Source: Lama guanicoe
Lineage: Eukaryota
Length of the DNA stretch: 64,000 nucleotides
Assembly (NCBI GenBank): GCA_013239625.1
Contig: MU053652.1
Coordinates: forward strand, 2,544,001-2,608,000
Direction: 5' to 3'
Positions 24,281 to 39,239 of this stretch are shown here, one piece after another. The notes beneath the pieces were generated by a model, which searched no databases, was not told the origin of the DNA, and was given only the letters and a program-made list of their open reading frames with translations. Position 1 is the first letter of the stretch. Each line of letters begins with the position of its first letter. The position numbers and the translations under genes are program-made.

Positions 24281-25309
24281 CAGCTGACCCTTGAACAAGA
24301 TGGGTCTGAACTGTGCAGGTCCACTTATACGTGGATTTTTTCCAATAAATATATTGGAAAATTTGGAAGAGATTTGTAACACTTTGAAAAAAACTCACAG
24401 AAGGACCACGTAGCCTAGAAATACAAAAAAAAAAACTAAGAAAGGGTTAGGTATGTCATGAATGCATCAAGTATACAGATACTAGTCTAGCCTTATATAG
24501 GTATAAGGTGAGTGCTATTTAGTAATAAAATTAATAATGTGTTAGTTTTCCTACTGTTTTATAACTCTGCTTTCAAAGAATTGCATGACCATACAGTATG
24601 ACCACCCCTCTCCAGTATGCCTTCCTCTCTCTCTCAACTGCAGAAACTATGAGTCTATCGCCACAGGTAAATACTTTTTAAAAAATGTAACAATGTTTCT
24701 AATACTGTATTATGAATATGATTAATACTGTATGCTATAAAAATTTTATAACCATTCATTAGCATATATGCTAAACTACTGTGACACAATTGTATCAATT
24801 ACACTAGATTGTTATAAAGCATTCATATTGCTGCTACTTCATTACCAATGCATGAATTGTTATACTAGTAAATAAAAATGAATTTTTTCACATTATCTCT
24901 TCATTTCTGATGTCCAGTGTTAGTAATACATATAATACCCACAATGTTTTGTGTCATTAAGACAATACTGACGTAGGTATTGATAATTTATCTTGTAAAC
25001 AGACAATGTAAATTTATGATATCAATAAACACAGTATACAGTGTAAATGTATTTTCTCTTATGATTTTCTTAATAACATTTTTTTCTAGTTCATCGTAGG
25101 AATATAGTCTATAATATATATAAAATACAAAACATGTGTTAATTGACTATGTTACCATTACCAGTAAGGCTTCCAGTTAATATTAGGCTATTAGTAATTA
25201 AATTTTGGGGAAGTCAAAAGTTATATGTGGATTTTCAACTGCATAGTGGGTGGGTCAGAGGGGAGGAGAGGTTGGGGCCCCAACTCCCACGTTGTTCAAG
25301 AGTCAACTG
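24281..25309 (+). mobile_element. Tigger2-family non-autonomous element (Tigger2a-type deletion derivative)
   Basis: TA|CAGCTGACCCTTGAACAA...GTTGTTCAAGAGTCAACTG|TA: terminal inverted repeats and TA target; colinear with both ends of 51646-55255. Confidence 0.9.
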
Positions 25310-27439
25310 TATTTTAAACTGAATGAAAATGAAAACAACACAGCAAAATTTGTAAGATATAACTAAAGCAGTGCTTAAAGGGAAATTTTTAACACGAAAT
25401 GCCTACATTAGAAAAGAAGAATTTCAAGTTAATGGCCTCAGCTCTCATACTAAGAAACTATGAAAAGAGCAAATTAAAATCAAAGTATGTAGGAAAAAAA
25501 GGAAATAATAAAGATAAAGGCAGAAATCAATGAAATAGAAAAGACAAGAAAAAACAAAACAAAAAACTCGCAAGAGTTGTTTTCTTAAAATTGATAGATT
25601 TTTAGCCAGACTACTGAGAAATGAAAACAAAAATTACCAATATGAGGGAAAATGATATGACATAAGGTATTAGAAGGACAATAATGGAATATAAACAACT
25701 TTATGCCAATAAACTTACCAATTTAGACAAAATGGGCATATTCTTAAAAAGACACAAACTACCCATACTTTTTCAAAAAGAAATACAGAATATAAATAGC
25801 CCGGTATCTATTAATACTAAATTTGTAGTTAAAAACCTTGCCACAAAGGTAACTCCAACAAGATTTGAGATCTCAAAAAAATTTTTTAAGGAGAGGGAAT
25901 TAAGCCTACCATATAACTAACAACTACTGCATAAACCAAAGAATAGGAATAGGAAGGAGGAGGAAGGTAGAAGAGAAAAAAAAAAGAAGAGGAAAAGGGG
26001 GGAGGAATGGAAACAAAGACCTCAAGTGTAAACTTTAGGACCACTTTATTAAACTTAATCCCTCCTTTTAGCTCACACACAAAAAGCAAACTTTTATTTC
26101 ATTAGCAAATAAGATAAATACTGCAAAAGGAGGTTTTCTTTAAGTATTTCCTGTTCTTAGGTGATTACTTTTGCCGATCATCACTGGAGTCTACCTTTTT
26201 CCCCTGGCATTGTCAGACAGGAAGCAGCAATGACTGGTTCAAGAATCACCTCTAATGAAATTAAATGTAAATGTAGGGATGTTTCTAGGCAAATAGGAAG
26301 CTTTAATAGGAGAAATAAGTACAGCCCAACACTTTCTTAAAATGTAGACCATACTTGAGGAAGGGCACACTAATATACCAAATATACTAAAAGTAGTTTT
26401 TGTTTCCTCCATTTATAAGAAACTTGGAAGATGCTTTTGATTCCCTAGACTTTCCTATATAGCAGGCAGCCTTTTCTGCTATGTTTTCAATGGAGCAAAA
26501 GTCAAAGAACTCTGCAGTGTTTACTTCCTTATTTGTCCAACAAAATCATCATCAGTGAAGTCAGCAGCAAACCGATCCTGTAAGGAATGTTTATTAACTA
26601 AACACTGTTCCAAGCCAGTGAGAAGTACAAAAAATATGAGTTGGCTGTAAGTCTCAAGAATAGGTAACACCAATTTCCTTAAACTCGGTTCCTTCCTAGA
26701 GTCAGAAGGATAACTCAAGTCTCTGCAGTAGCAGGGTTGCACATGATTTTAATAGCTTCTCTTTAATGAGTATATTGCTAAAGAGACACTTTCAAAACCT
26801 AACTGTTCTTAATCTAATGATTATGTAAAGTTGCTAGCGGTTTTTGTTATTTTGTTGTTTACCTTAACAAAATATTAAATGTCTTGAAGATTTAAAACAA
26901 GACACACAAAAAAAAACTCCATAAAATTACATGTGCCTTCTTTATCCTATAAGGTTAAAAAATACAGAATTCATTCTCAGAAACATACATACACACATAT
27001 ATATGCTTTCACTAGTGGCATTTTGATGGTTTAGTAAGAGACTAATTATCCTATATGTTCCATGTGGGTATACTCCCAAGTATATTCTACTTCAAACATA
27101 GTAATCATTTATTTGCAAGTATCATCATCAATTAAGTAAGCAGTAATAATGTACAAGGCTGAGAGGTAGGTTTGCTATTATAACACAATGGATCTGGAAG
27201 CAATTAATTTTAAGTTAACTCTAAATTTATAAACTCAAGGAAAGTAGTACTTCAGTGGTAAAATAGTCAACCAACATAAAAAAATGAGAACCTAATAATA
27301 ATGAACAATAGTAAAAGGGTTAAAATATATAAAAGCAGAGCACAGAGAAAGTTTATTATTCCTTATTTCTTTCTATAAAAAGAACAGAATTTCTATACAC
27401 CTTTGTATCATTCCACAAGTTTCATATTGAGCATTAAGC

Positions 27440-28225
27440 TGCTTTCACTCATAATGCTTCTGACACCAAATGAATGGGTCTTCTCCTTACACCAAGCATT
27501 TCTCCTATTCCCTGACAAAAACTAGGCATCTAACAATTCAATTCTGATACTATCTACTTGGAGTTAGATCTCACAAGTTAAAAGGGCTCAGTCCCACAAG
27601 ACTATCACTTCAGATGCCAAATGCAAGTCCCAAGCCACTGTACTTCTGACCTACTGGCGATAAACTGGGAGTCTCCCCAACCCCCTCAGGTTTGATAATT
27701 TGCTATAGTAATCACAAAATTCAGAAAAGCACTTTACTTACTATCACTGGTTTATTATAAAGAATATAATTCAGGAACAGCCAAACAGAAGAAAGATGTA
27801 GGGCAAGGTACTGGGGGGGTGTGTATATGTGTGTGTGTGTGGCTTCCATGCCTTCTGCAGGCATGCCATCCTTCCCCGCAACTTCATATGTTCACCAAAC
27901 TGGAAGTTCTCTGAACTCCACTATTTAGGGATTTTTTTTTTGGAGGTTCTACTATGTAGGGATAATTGATTAAAACATTAGTTTATAGGTGATTGAATAT
28001 CATCTCTGACTCCTCCCTCTCTCCAGAGGTCAGGAATGGGATTGACAGTTTCAACCCTCTAATCACATCGTTTGGTCTTTCTGTAGATCTGAAGCTATCT
28101 AGGACCCCAGCCACCAGTCATCTCAGCATACAAAAGACCCTCCTATACTCCACAGATCCTGAGGGGTTTAGGAGCTATGTGCCAAGAAAAGAAAAAAGAT
28201 TGAATTTTTTTTCTCATTACCACAA
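27440..28225. mobile_element. Solo LTR, MER21-like
   Basis: caccaagcatttctc, aattcaattctgatactatctacttggagttagatctcacaagtt, gggctcagtcccacaagact...cacttcagatgccaa. Confidence 0.75.
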
Positions 28226-28942
28226 GCATCTGTTCTGTTCTTTGTTACTATTAAAGTATAGGAAATTTTTTAAATGGATGCCATTCTACACAGCAACAAC
28301 AGAGTTCGTTTTTTAAAAATAACATAACATACAAGACCTTAAAAATTCAATTAGTGTCATCCTCTAAAACATTTACTTTGGGAGATTATGTTATGTTCTA
28401 ATACTGACATCTCTTCTGAAACCAGATTATAGGCCACCCAAGAAAATCAGCGATTATGTCACATCTACATCACACAGATGATATTTCCAATACAAATCTC
28501 CTCATTCATTGTAACAGTAAGCTAATAAAATTTTTTGGCTTATCCAATTACTCCCTATCCTGCCCCAAAATTATACTATTTTTTAAAAATGACAATTTGC
28601 TGTTAACAAAAATATGTAAAGGAGCATTAAAAGTCTTTTTCTAACATGGTTCAGTGACAGTCAATGTTAGCATTCCTAAGTGCATGATTTTCCAAGGTGA
28701 CAACTTAGATTTTGATATGTGAGTTCAAGTATGTTTCTTTTTTGTTTTTCAAGTCCCATTACATCATAGATCTGTCTTACATAAAAGCAGTGCCTAATTC
28801 AAGGAGCTAACATCTTTACAGAGTAAAAAGATGGGTAGAGGGACAGTAGAGAAGAAAGAAATAAACTAGTAACTGGCATAAACGTACATTCTTTAAAAAA
28901 AAACTTTCTTGTATATACTTAAAATACAAATATACATGTTTA

Positions 28943-29143
<201 letters not shown>

Positions 29144-29224
29144 CTACTGGAACACAAGAGAAGTTATGTAAAGAAGAGATTTGGTTAGTTACTACTGTAG
29201 GAAACAATAAGTGACAATTACTAA

Positions 29225-29630
29225 CATAAAGTCAGTATTTACTAAGCATTAACTAAGCATACGAAATATAATTAAGCATTGTACTAATGCTATTCATTAG
29301 TATCATGATTATTTCCATTATTAAATGGCAAAACTGAAGCTTAGTAAATTATGATAACTTGTCAAAGGTCACAAAGTATGTAGCAGAAAGATTTTAAAGA
29401 GATGAAGATACGAATTTACATACTATCTAAAGCACCTGATAACTTTTACAACTGTGGCCTCAGGTAAAATACTTAACCTCTCTGTGCTCCACTTCATCAT
29501 ATGTAAAATATGGATAATAACTGTACCTATGTCATAGAGTGGCAATGAGTAAATAAGTTAGAAAGGTGTTTAGAACTGACAAAACGTAAATGTTTAATAA
29601 GTGTTGATTAATCTTTATAATTATTATTAC
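29225..29630. mobile_element. Two MIR fragments in opposite orientation, intron 5
   Basis: aaactgaagcttagtaaattatgataacttgtcaaaggtcaca and tacttaacctctctgtgctccacttcatcatatgtaaaatatggataata. Confidence 0.65.
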
Positions 29631-29691
29631 TACTGTCAATGTTTTAAGTTATTTTCAGTGAAGACAATAGATTGACACAATTCTCTCTTTA

Positions 29692-29883
<192 letters not shown>

Positions 29884-30499
29884 TTAACATAGTTCAAATA
29901 AAATTTTAGTGAAGTCAAGTCACTATTCAAGTTTATTAGGAGTCACTCAACAAATTTTCTGGATATCTTCTGTACACCCAGCACTGTACTATTAGGTTCT
30001 GGGGCTACAGTAGCAAAAAGAAACATGATTCAATGCCATCATGAGGTTGCTTTAATGATGAAAACACCAAAGATAAATTCAAACTGGTCGTTTATCCTCC
30101 AAAAAACAGGCCTAGGAGACTAGATAAATTTAGAAAGCAAATTTTACCAAATCCACAAGAAACAAATAATTACAAACAATATTAATTTCAACTATATTAG
30201 CATAGAAAGAGACTGAAAGTTCAATTACTTATCAAAGTGGCATAACCCTGAAAACAAAACCAGAAGAAAAAGGATTTAAGGCCAATCTCAGCTGAGTATA
30301 TATTCAAAATTTAAAAAAAAAAGTTGCAAAAAAATTCTACCAATTTATCACTGTAACTAAACAGCTCATTTGAGGAATGGAAGGATTGGTTCAGTAGGAG
30401 CAATATTAATGTAACTCACCATGTTAACAGAGGAACATATTTGATTACCTCAACAGATGCTAAGAGTAAACTAATAAAATTTACTTTAAAAAATCTCCT

Positions 30500-33400
30500 G
30501 GATTTCTGTTCAAGATGGTGGAGGAGTAGGACCAGAAGTTCGCCTCCTCTCAGGATCACAACAAAACCACAACTGACTGCTGAGTAACCATCAATAAAAA
30601 AAGACAAAAAAGATCTTCAACTGGAAACATAAAGAGGGAACCTGGGATGACAGGAGGGCATACTCATGAGATAATAATAGGACCCCCTTACCCTGATGGG
30701 TGGGCAACCCACAAGCTGGAGAAAAATTACATTGCAGAGGCCCTCCCACAGGAGTGAGAGCTGTGAGCATCACATCAGGCTCCCCAGACTAGGGTTCTGA
30801 AACTGGGAGGAGGAGACCCCAGAACATCTGGTTTTGAAAGCCAGTGGGGCTTACTTGCAGGAGCTGCATAGTACAGAGACTTCACTTTCTTGGGAAGTGC
30901 ACTAAGAATCTTGCATGCACCAGGACCAAAGGCAGAGGCACTGATTTCATAGGAACCCAGGACAGAACTGCCTGCTGGTTTTGGAATGTCTCCTGGGGAG
31001 GTAGGGGGCAGCTGCAGCTCATCCAGGGGACATAAGAGGCAGGGGTGGACATTCGAGGAATGTTCATTTATATGAGCTTTCCTGGAGACTGGCACCTTGC
31101 TTGGGTCACTGGTGCTAAGACATGGCCCCACTCAATAGTTTGTAGGTTTAAGTGCTGGGAAGCCTCAGGCCAAACAGTATACTCAGTGGGAATGCAGCCC
31201 CAACCATCAGCAGATTTCCTGAGCCCACAGCCACCTCTAGACACACCCCTAGACACAGCTCTGCCCACCAGAGGGCCAGGACCCAGCTCTATCCAGCAGT
31301 GGGGCAGGTACCAACCCCTTCTGCCTGCTGCACAAGCCTCTCGTCCAGCCTTACCCACCAGAGGGAAGATACCAAAAGTAAGAAAACAAAATTTCAACAG
31401 CCTGTGGAAGGAGCCTGCAAAGACAGGCCAGACTATCCTGGGATGAGCTGGACCCTGGCCCTTAGATGACAAATAGTGCCCTGCTGGAATGCATAGGAAG
31501 TCTCATACAGAGGACCACTTCTCCAAGGTCGAGCATCGAAACTAACCTACATAAAAATATAAATAGAAATTCAGACAAAATGAGATAGCAGAGGAATACG
31601 TTCCAGGCAAAGGCACAAGATACAATCCTGGAAGAAGAAATAAATGATGAGGAGATAGGGAATCTATCCAAGAAAGAGTTTAGAGTAATGATTGTGCAGG
31701 TCATCAGAGAACTCAGGAGAACAGATGAACAGAGTGAAGTTTTTAGCAAAAAGTAAGAAAATATAAAGAAGAACACCCAAAATAAGTTGAAGAATACAAT
31801 TACTGAAATGAATAATACACTAGAAGGAGCCAAGAATAGACTACACGAGGCAGAAGAACAGATCAATGAGCTAGAAGACAGAGTAGTTAAAATCACTACT
31901 GTAAAACAGAAAAAAGAAAAAAGAATGAAAAGAAATGAGGATGGTTTAAGAGACCTCTGGGACAACATGAAGCACACTAATATCTGCATTATAGAGATCC
32001 CAGAAAGAGAAGAGAGAGAGAAAAGACCTGAGAAAATATCTGAAGAGATAATAGCTGAAAACTTCCCTAGATTGGGAAACAGTCACTCAAGTCCAGAAGT
32101 GCAGAGACCCATACAGGATTAACCCAAAGAGGAATATGCTGAGGCACATAGTAATCAAATTGACAACAATTACAAATAAAGAGAAAATATTAAAATCAGC
32201 AAGAGAAAAGCAACAAATAACATACAGGAACTCCCATAAGATTATCAGCTGATTTTTCAGAAGAAACTCTACAGGCCAGAAAGGAGTGGCACAATATATT
32301 TAAAGTGATGAAAGAGAAAAATCTACAATCAAGAATATTCTACCCAGCAAGGTTTTCATTCAGATTTGATGGAGAAATCAAAAGCTTCACAGATAAGCAA
32401 AAGCTAAAGAATTCAGTACCACCAAACCAGATTTACAACAACTGTTAAAGGAACTTCTAGGTAGAAAAGAAAAGACCACAACTAGAAACAAGAAAATTAC
32501 AAAATGGGAAAGCTCACTGATAAAGGTAAACATTCAGTAAAGGTAGGAAATCATCCACACACAAACAGGGAAGTTGAAAGACAAAAGTAGTAAAAATCAT
32601 CTGTATATACAACAAGCAGTTAAAGGATACCCAAAACAATTAGATGTAAAATATGATATCAAAACCTATAATTGTGAGAGGAGGAGGGTATGAATCCAGG
32701 ACATCTAAAATGCATTTGAAATTAAGAGATCAGCAACTTAAAACAATCATGTGTATATATAGACTTCTATACCAAAACCTCATGGTAACCCCAAATCAAA
32801 AATCTATAATAGATATACACACAAAAAAGAAAGAGGAATCTAAATGTAAAGCTATAGTCATCAGACTACAAGAGAACAAAAAGAAGGAAAAAAGACCTAC
32901 AAAAACAAATCTAAAACAACAAAATGGCAATAAGAACATACATATCAATAATTATCTTAAATGTAAACACTCCAATCAAAAGACAAATTACAGGCCAATG
33001 TCACTTACGAATATAGATGCAAAAATCCTCAACAAAATACTAGTAAATTAACTCCAACAATGAATTAAAAGGATCATACACCATGATCAAATGGGATTTA
33101 TTCCAGGGATGTAAGGATTTTTCAATATCTGCAAATCAATGTGATACACAACATTAACAAACTGAAGAATAAAAACCATATGATCATCTCAATAGATGCA
33201 GAAAAAGCTTCTGATAAAATTCAACATGCATTTATGATAAAAATTCTCCAGAAAATGGGCACAGAGGAAACATACCTCAATATAATGAAGGCCATATATG
33301 ACAAACCCACAGCTAACATACTTAATGGTGAAAAGATAAAAGCATTTCCTCTAAGATCAGGAACAAGACAAGGATGCCCACTCTTGTCGCTTTTATTCAA

Positions 33401-35535
33401 CAGTTTTGGAAGTACTAGCCACAGCAATCAGAGAAGAAAAACAAATAAAAGGAATCCAAACTGGAAAAGAAGTAAAACTGTCACTGTCTACAGATAAAAT
33501 GATACTATATATAGAAAATCTTAAAGCTGCTACCAGAAAACTACTAGAGCTCATCAATGAATTTGGTAAAGTCCCAGGATATAAAGTTAATATATAGAAA
33601 TAAGCTGCATTTCTATATACCAACAAAATAGCAGGAAAAAAATTAAGAAAAGAACCCCATTTACCATCACATCAAAAAGAATAAAATACCTAGGAATAAA
33701 CTTAACTAAGGAGGCAAAGGACCTGTACTCCGAAAACTGTAAGACAATGACGAAAGAAACTGAAGATGACACAAACAGATGGAAAGATACACCATGTTCT
33801 TGGATTGGAAATGTCAATATTGTTAAAACTGCCATACTACCCAGGGCAATATACAGACTCAATGCAATCCCTATCAAATTACCAATGGCACTTTTCACAG
33901 AAGTAGAACAAAAAAATTTTTAATTTGTATGGAAATAGAAAAGACCTCAAATAGCCAAAATAATCTTGAGAAAGAAGAATGAAGCTGGGGGAATCATGCT
34001 CCCTGACTTCAGACTATATACTACAAATCTTCAGTAATCAAAACAGTGTGATACTGGCACAAAAAAAACAGACACACGGATCAATGGAACAGGGTAGAAA
34101 ATCCAGAAATAAACTCATGCACCTATAGTCAATTAATCTATGACAAAGGAGATAAGAATACACAATGGAGAAAAGACAGCCTCTTCAATAAGTGATGCTG
34201 GGAAAACTGGACAGCTATGTGTAAGAAAATGAAATTAGAACATTCTCTAATACTATTTACAAAAATAAACCCCAAATGGACTAAAGATCTAAATGTAAGA
34301 CTGAACACTATAAAACTCCTAGAGGAAAACAAGGGTAGAATACTGTTTGACATAAATCACAGCAATATTTTTTGGATCAGTCTCCTAGAGTAAAGGAAAT
34401 AAAAGCAAAAATAAATGGGATGTAATTAAACTTCTACTCTTTTGTACAGCAAAGTAAATCATAAACAAAATGAAAAGAAAACCTACAGAATGGGAGAAAA
34501 TATTTGCAAATGACGTGACCAACAAGGGACTAATTTCCAAAATATACAAACAGCTCCTACAGTTTAGTATCAAAACAAACAAACAAACAAACAACCCAAA
34601 CAAAAAATGGGCACAAGACCTAAACAGACATTTCTCCAAAGAAGACACCTGGATGGCCAAAAGGCACATGAAAAGATGCTCAATATCACTAATTATTAGA
34701 GAAATGCAATTCAAAACTACAATGAGAGATCACCTCACATTGGCCAGAAAGGCCATCATTAAAAAGTCTACAATAAATGCTGGAGAAGTTGTGGAGACAA
34801 AGGAACCCTCCTACACCATTGGTGGGAACGTAAATTGGGTGCAGTCATTATGGAGAACAGTATGGAAGTTCCTTAAAAAACTAAAGAGACTTACCATATT
34901 GTCCAGCAATCCCACTTCTGGGCATATATACAGAGAAAACTCTAATTCGAAAAGACACATGCATCCCAATGTTCATAGCAGCATTATTTACAAAAGCCAA
35001 GGAAACAACCTAAATGTCCACTGACAGATGAATGGATAAAGAAGCTATGGTATATATACACAATGGAATACCACTCAGCCATCAAAAAAGAATAAAATAA
35101 TGCCATTTGCAGCAACATGGATGGACCTGGAGATTGTCATTTTAAGTGAAGTAAGCCAGAAACAGGAAAAAATACCACATTACACCGCTTGTATGTTGAA
35201 TCTAAAAAAAAGACACATGAACTTATTTACAAAACAGAAACAGATTCACAGATATAGAGAACAAACTTGTGGTTATCAGCAGGTAAAGGGGGTGGGAAAG
35301 GAGAAATTGCAAATTCCAAGATTTGCAGATACTAACTACAATATATAAAATAGACAACAAGTTTATAGTGTACAGCACAGGGAACTATATTCAATATCTT
35401 GTGGTAACCTATAATGAAAAAGAATATCAAAATGAATATATGTATGTATATGTATGACTGAAACATTATGCTGTACACCAGAAATTGACACAACATTGTA
35501 AACTGACTACACTTCAATAAAAAAGAATGTAAATT
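30500..35535 (+). mobile_element. Near full-length degenerate L1 (5'UTR, ORF1, spacer, ORF2 lacking the endonuclease domain, 3'UTR), inserted into an older L1M
   Basis: Starts ggatttctgttcaagatggtgg; ORF1 ~31580-32460; ORF2 start ~32923; RT motifs NYRPMSLTNIDAKILNKIL and [14 protein letters not shown] ~35516; degenerate TSD aaaaatctcct / aaaaactctt; older L1 sequence on both sides (~30100-30490, ~35545-36400). Confidence 0.93.
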
Positions 35536-36414
35536 TAAAAACTCTTAATACATAAGAAATGAAGGGAAAAAAACCCCACTTCATTGCCCTGATTTTTTTT
35601 TTTTTGGAAGTATGGTTGGTTGATTTATCATTATTGAGATTTTAAGCATCAAAAATCTCAACAACAACAAAAAAAACCTAATGGAGAAACACTGAGTATT
35701 CCCATTCAAGTCAGGAACAAGATAAAGAGGCCAAATAATCTCTATTTAACAGTATATGGGAGATCTTAGCCAATGAAATTATGAAAAAAAAAGCAAATTA
35801 AGAAAAAATATTATCAAAGATGAAACATCTACCTAAAAAATTAAACAGATTTAACTGAAAAACTTTCAACGTCTGTATGCAAGGTAAGTATATGAAAATA
35901 ACTTTCCCTATACCTATAAAAACCAAGTAGAACATATAATGGAAAAAGTCTCCTTTATAATAGTAAAAAAAGCTTAAAATACCTTCGAATAAACTTTAAA
36001 GTATGCAATATCTACTTAAGAAAATAAAAAATTTTACTTAAGAACTGAATAAATGAAAGGTCCTAATAGTTTCTAGATGGGAAAACTCAATGTTGTAAAT
36101 ATGGTAATTCCCTTCAAATTAATTACAAATTTATTATAATCTCAAAATCCTTATGGTATATACCCTTTTTATTCTTGACATGTAGCTGGACAAGCTGATC
36201 TGAAAAAAAAATCAGAACAAGAATATCAAAAATTATAAAACAGTAAGAAAATAAACATACTAAAAAGATACAATAATTGTAAGTTTGATATTAGTGAAGG
36301 AAAAGGAAATAAAAATCACTGGAGCAGAAGAGTGTATCCAAAAAATCCCTCAAGGATCCAGAGGAATTCAACATAAGATGAAGATAACATTTCATATTAG
36401 TAATGACAGGACAG

Positions 36415-37430
36415 AGTAGAAGTTTTTAATGTGTGATCCATGGGCTCCAGGGGAATCCCTACAACCATTTCAGGAGGTTCCATGTGGTCAAAACTATTTT
36501 TCATAATACAACTAGGACTTTATAACCTTTTTTTTCCCAACTGTACTGACATTTGCACTCATGGTGCCAAAGGTAAAACTGCTGACACCTTGGTAGCGCC
36601 ACAAAAAGTAGTAGCATGCAGGTGTTCTCGTTTTCCTTAATACAGTATGAACTGAACTCTATTTCTCACCACCATATACCTGTAGTTAAAAAAAAAAGGC
36701 AATTTATTTAAGAATGTCTCTGATGATATGTAAAATTAATTTTAATAAATCTCTATAATTAAGTACATATCTTTTCAATATTTTGCATGACAAAATGGAA
36801 AGGAAACATAAAGCACTTCTGAAGCATACCAAAGTATGATGGCTGTCTCAAGATAAAGGACCTGTATAGCTGTCTGAGTTGTGAGCTGAAATAGGCATTG
36901 AGAGAGCCCAACAGGGTACTACTTTTCCTTAAAAGAAAGTCTGACAATCTATGATTATGTGGGAATTGGCCAGACATTTATTTGTCATTTCAAGGGTAAC
37001 AAAATGAAGTATCTGCTGCCAAGGATAAAATTCAAGCTTCTGAGGAATAGCTAGAATTTTGGAAAATTGATATCCACCACAGTGAGCTTAACTACTTCCT
37101 AGTACTTAAGAGTTTTATGATGAGATTGGTGCTGAGATTAACAAGTGTAATTTTCTTTATATTATATAATGAAATGCTTCAACATTTGAAAGATCTGCAT
37201 AACTCAGTGAACCATATTTTCTAAATGACCAATGAATGATATTACAAACTCATGCATGGCTAAAAGATTTGATTCAAAGTGCAAGACAGGCCAATAGATT
37301 CTAATATAACACTGACATGGTTCAGACTGAGTAATGCAACTATCATTAAGAAACTGACACTTTTCAAGCTTTGATTAAGTATCAAAACAGAATATTCACA
37401 ATATCTGATATCAGGTCTACTGATTTCCAA
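36415..37430. mobile_element. hAT-Charlie DNA transposon (Charlie1-like)
   Basis: ggtcaaaactatttttcataata, gataaaattcaagctt...agaattttggaaaa, gaagatctgcataactcagtgaacc motifs. Confidence 0.75.
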
Positions 37431-39239
37431 GTCCACTGCTCTTTCCAGCATATCACACTCAAGAAGAGCTTTCCTATATTGTCATCTAAAGGAAGATACA
37501 TGAATAAACACAGAAGCAGTAAGAACCAGTCATTGGAATATATGAAGGACCTCTGTAATGTTTAATATGCCCTTCAGTTTACATATGCAAACAACAGAAA
37601 TTTCAAAAGTTTTCTTTACCAACTAACACCAAATTATCATCACTATTTTGGTGCTGATTTCTTCATGTAGCAGTACTATTTAAAAAATGTATCTCCTACA
37701 TCACAGCAATACCCATCAAATAGTAAAAAAGTCAGGATAAAACAAGATTTGAAACCCAACACAGTCTTAAGTGTAATCAGATGTATAATATTAGTTAAGA
37801 GATCTGAAATTTGTTCTCAAGTTCCAGGTCCAAGTTCAGTAAAATTAGGAGGAAAAAAATCTTCCTATTGTATCTATTCAAGTCTGTAAAATGTTTATTT
37901 ATTAAATACTTTTAAGCAATTGTGGGAAGGAGATTAATTAGGAAGTCATCTCACAAGAACATCATATATTGGATGAATGAAGAGTATAGTTAATTTTTAA
38001 CAGACTGAAGGCATATATACAGAATGAGCAGAATGATGCACAGTTATTTCAAATTTTACCAGTGATTTTTGGTGGCATTAACAACAATAATACTGTGTAT
38101 CAGACATACTCTGCATTATATGTCAGATATCTAAATGTGAATTGGAGCTCCAAAACTCCTAATACACATCCCAATGCTAAGAGTTTGTATCCTAGGATTC
38201 AACAACCAGTTTTTCCCATGGGATAATCAGACAGATATGATCAGAATCAGTGCCTCTCATCCCTTTTCATAAAATGCCATGCATAGAAGATGATAAGACA
38301 CTTAGTATACAAGAATAGTGGGTTACAGGTTTCTGCCGCTCTAGGATTGAGGGGGATCAACATCTCCACACAATAAAACACATATGTGGTACATTCAATA
38401 TGCTTTGGTGGCTCTTGCCTAGATGGCTAAACAGCCTCTTAGAAGATGCTAATAATTTTAAGATCAGGTTGTGGAAGATCTTAAAAAATTCAAGATTAAC
38501 CATTCTGAAAGGGTGCAACTATTCTACTACAGAATTAATGAAATAAGTGCACAAAGCACTTACCACAGTAATCGGCACATGCTGAGTGCTCAATAAATGT
38601 TGGCTATTATTATCATCATCATTATTATTAGCTATTATTACTATATTAATTTCCTTCTTAACAACATACTTTTAAATGTCACCTTTCCACATGCTTTCAT
38701 GAAGGGCCACCATCAGGGCACCTCCTCCGACCCCAAGACATGGTACTTATCTTATCCAGACTTCTAAATACTTCTGAGGATCCAGAATGCAGGCTGAATC
38801 TAGCCAAAGCTAAAGAATCTCTCTAAAGCTCCCACATCCATCCAAGGCTGCAAAAATTCAAAAAAATCCATAGAAATCTAAGCCATCCCATCTACCAAAA
38901 CCCAAGACTACTCCAGAATCTAAGACTCAGTACCTCCTTTCTACCTTCATGTCACCTAGATAATTTCCAGATACAACTGTTATCTTGCTATGAATCAAGA
39001 CATAAACCTTTTTAGTTATCTATAACCAGTATCCTCATATATTACACTTTATGTTTTCAGTCATCTGATCTAATCTCCCACTAAAGAGATTTTCCCTTCC
39101 AAACCTTTAACTTGCTCTCCTGAATCTGATCTCCCAATTAACAACTCTCCTTTACTAAATTTTCATTTTACTTATAGGTCTTACCTGGTCCTATACTAAG
39201 TCCTTTACTTAGGTCCACACTAAGTCCTATCAAAGACCT

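Noticed and set aside
30775..31472. Cluster of overlapping GC-rich ORFs on both strands
   Set aside because: L1 5'UTR; high GC lowers stop frequency; no recognisable protein
39175..39232. Strong minus-strand donor CAG|gtaaga and short imperfect repeats (ggtcc...actaagtcct twice)
   Set aside because: No convincing upstream acceptor; only two degenerate units, not an array
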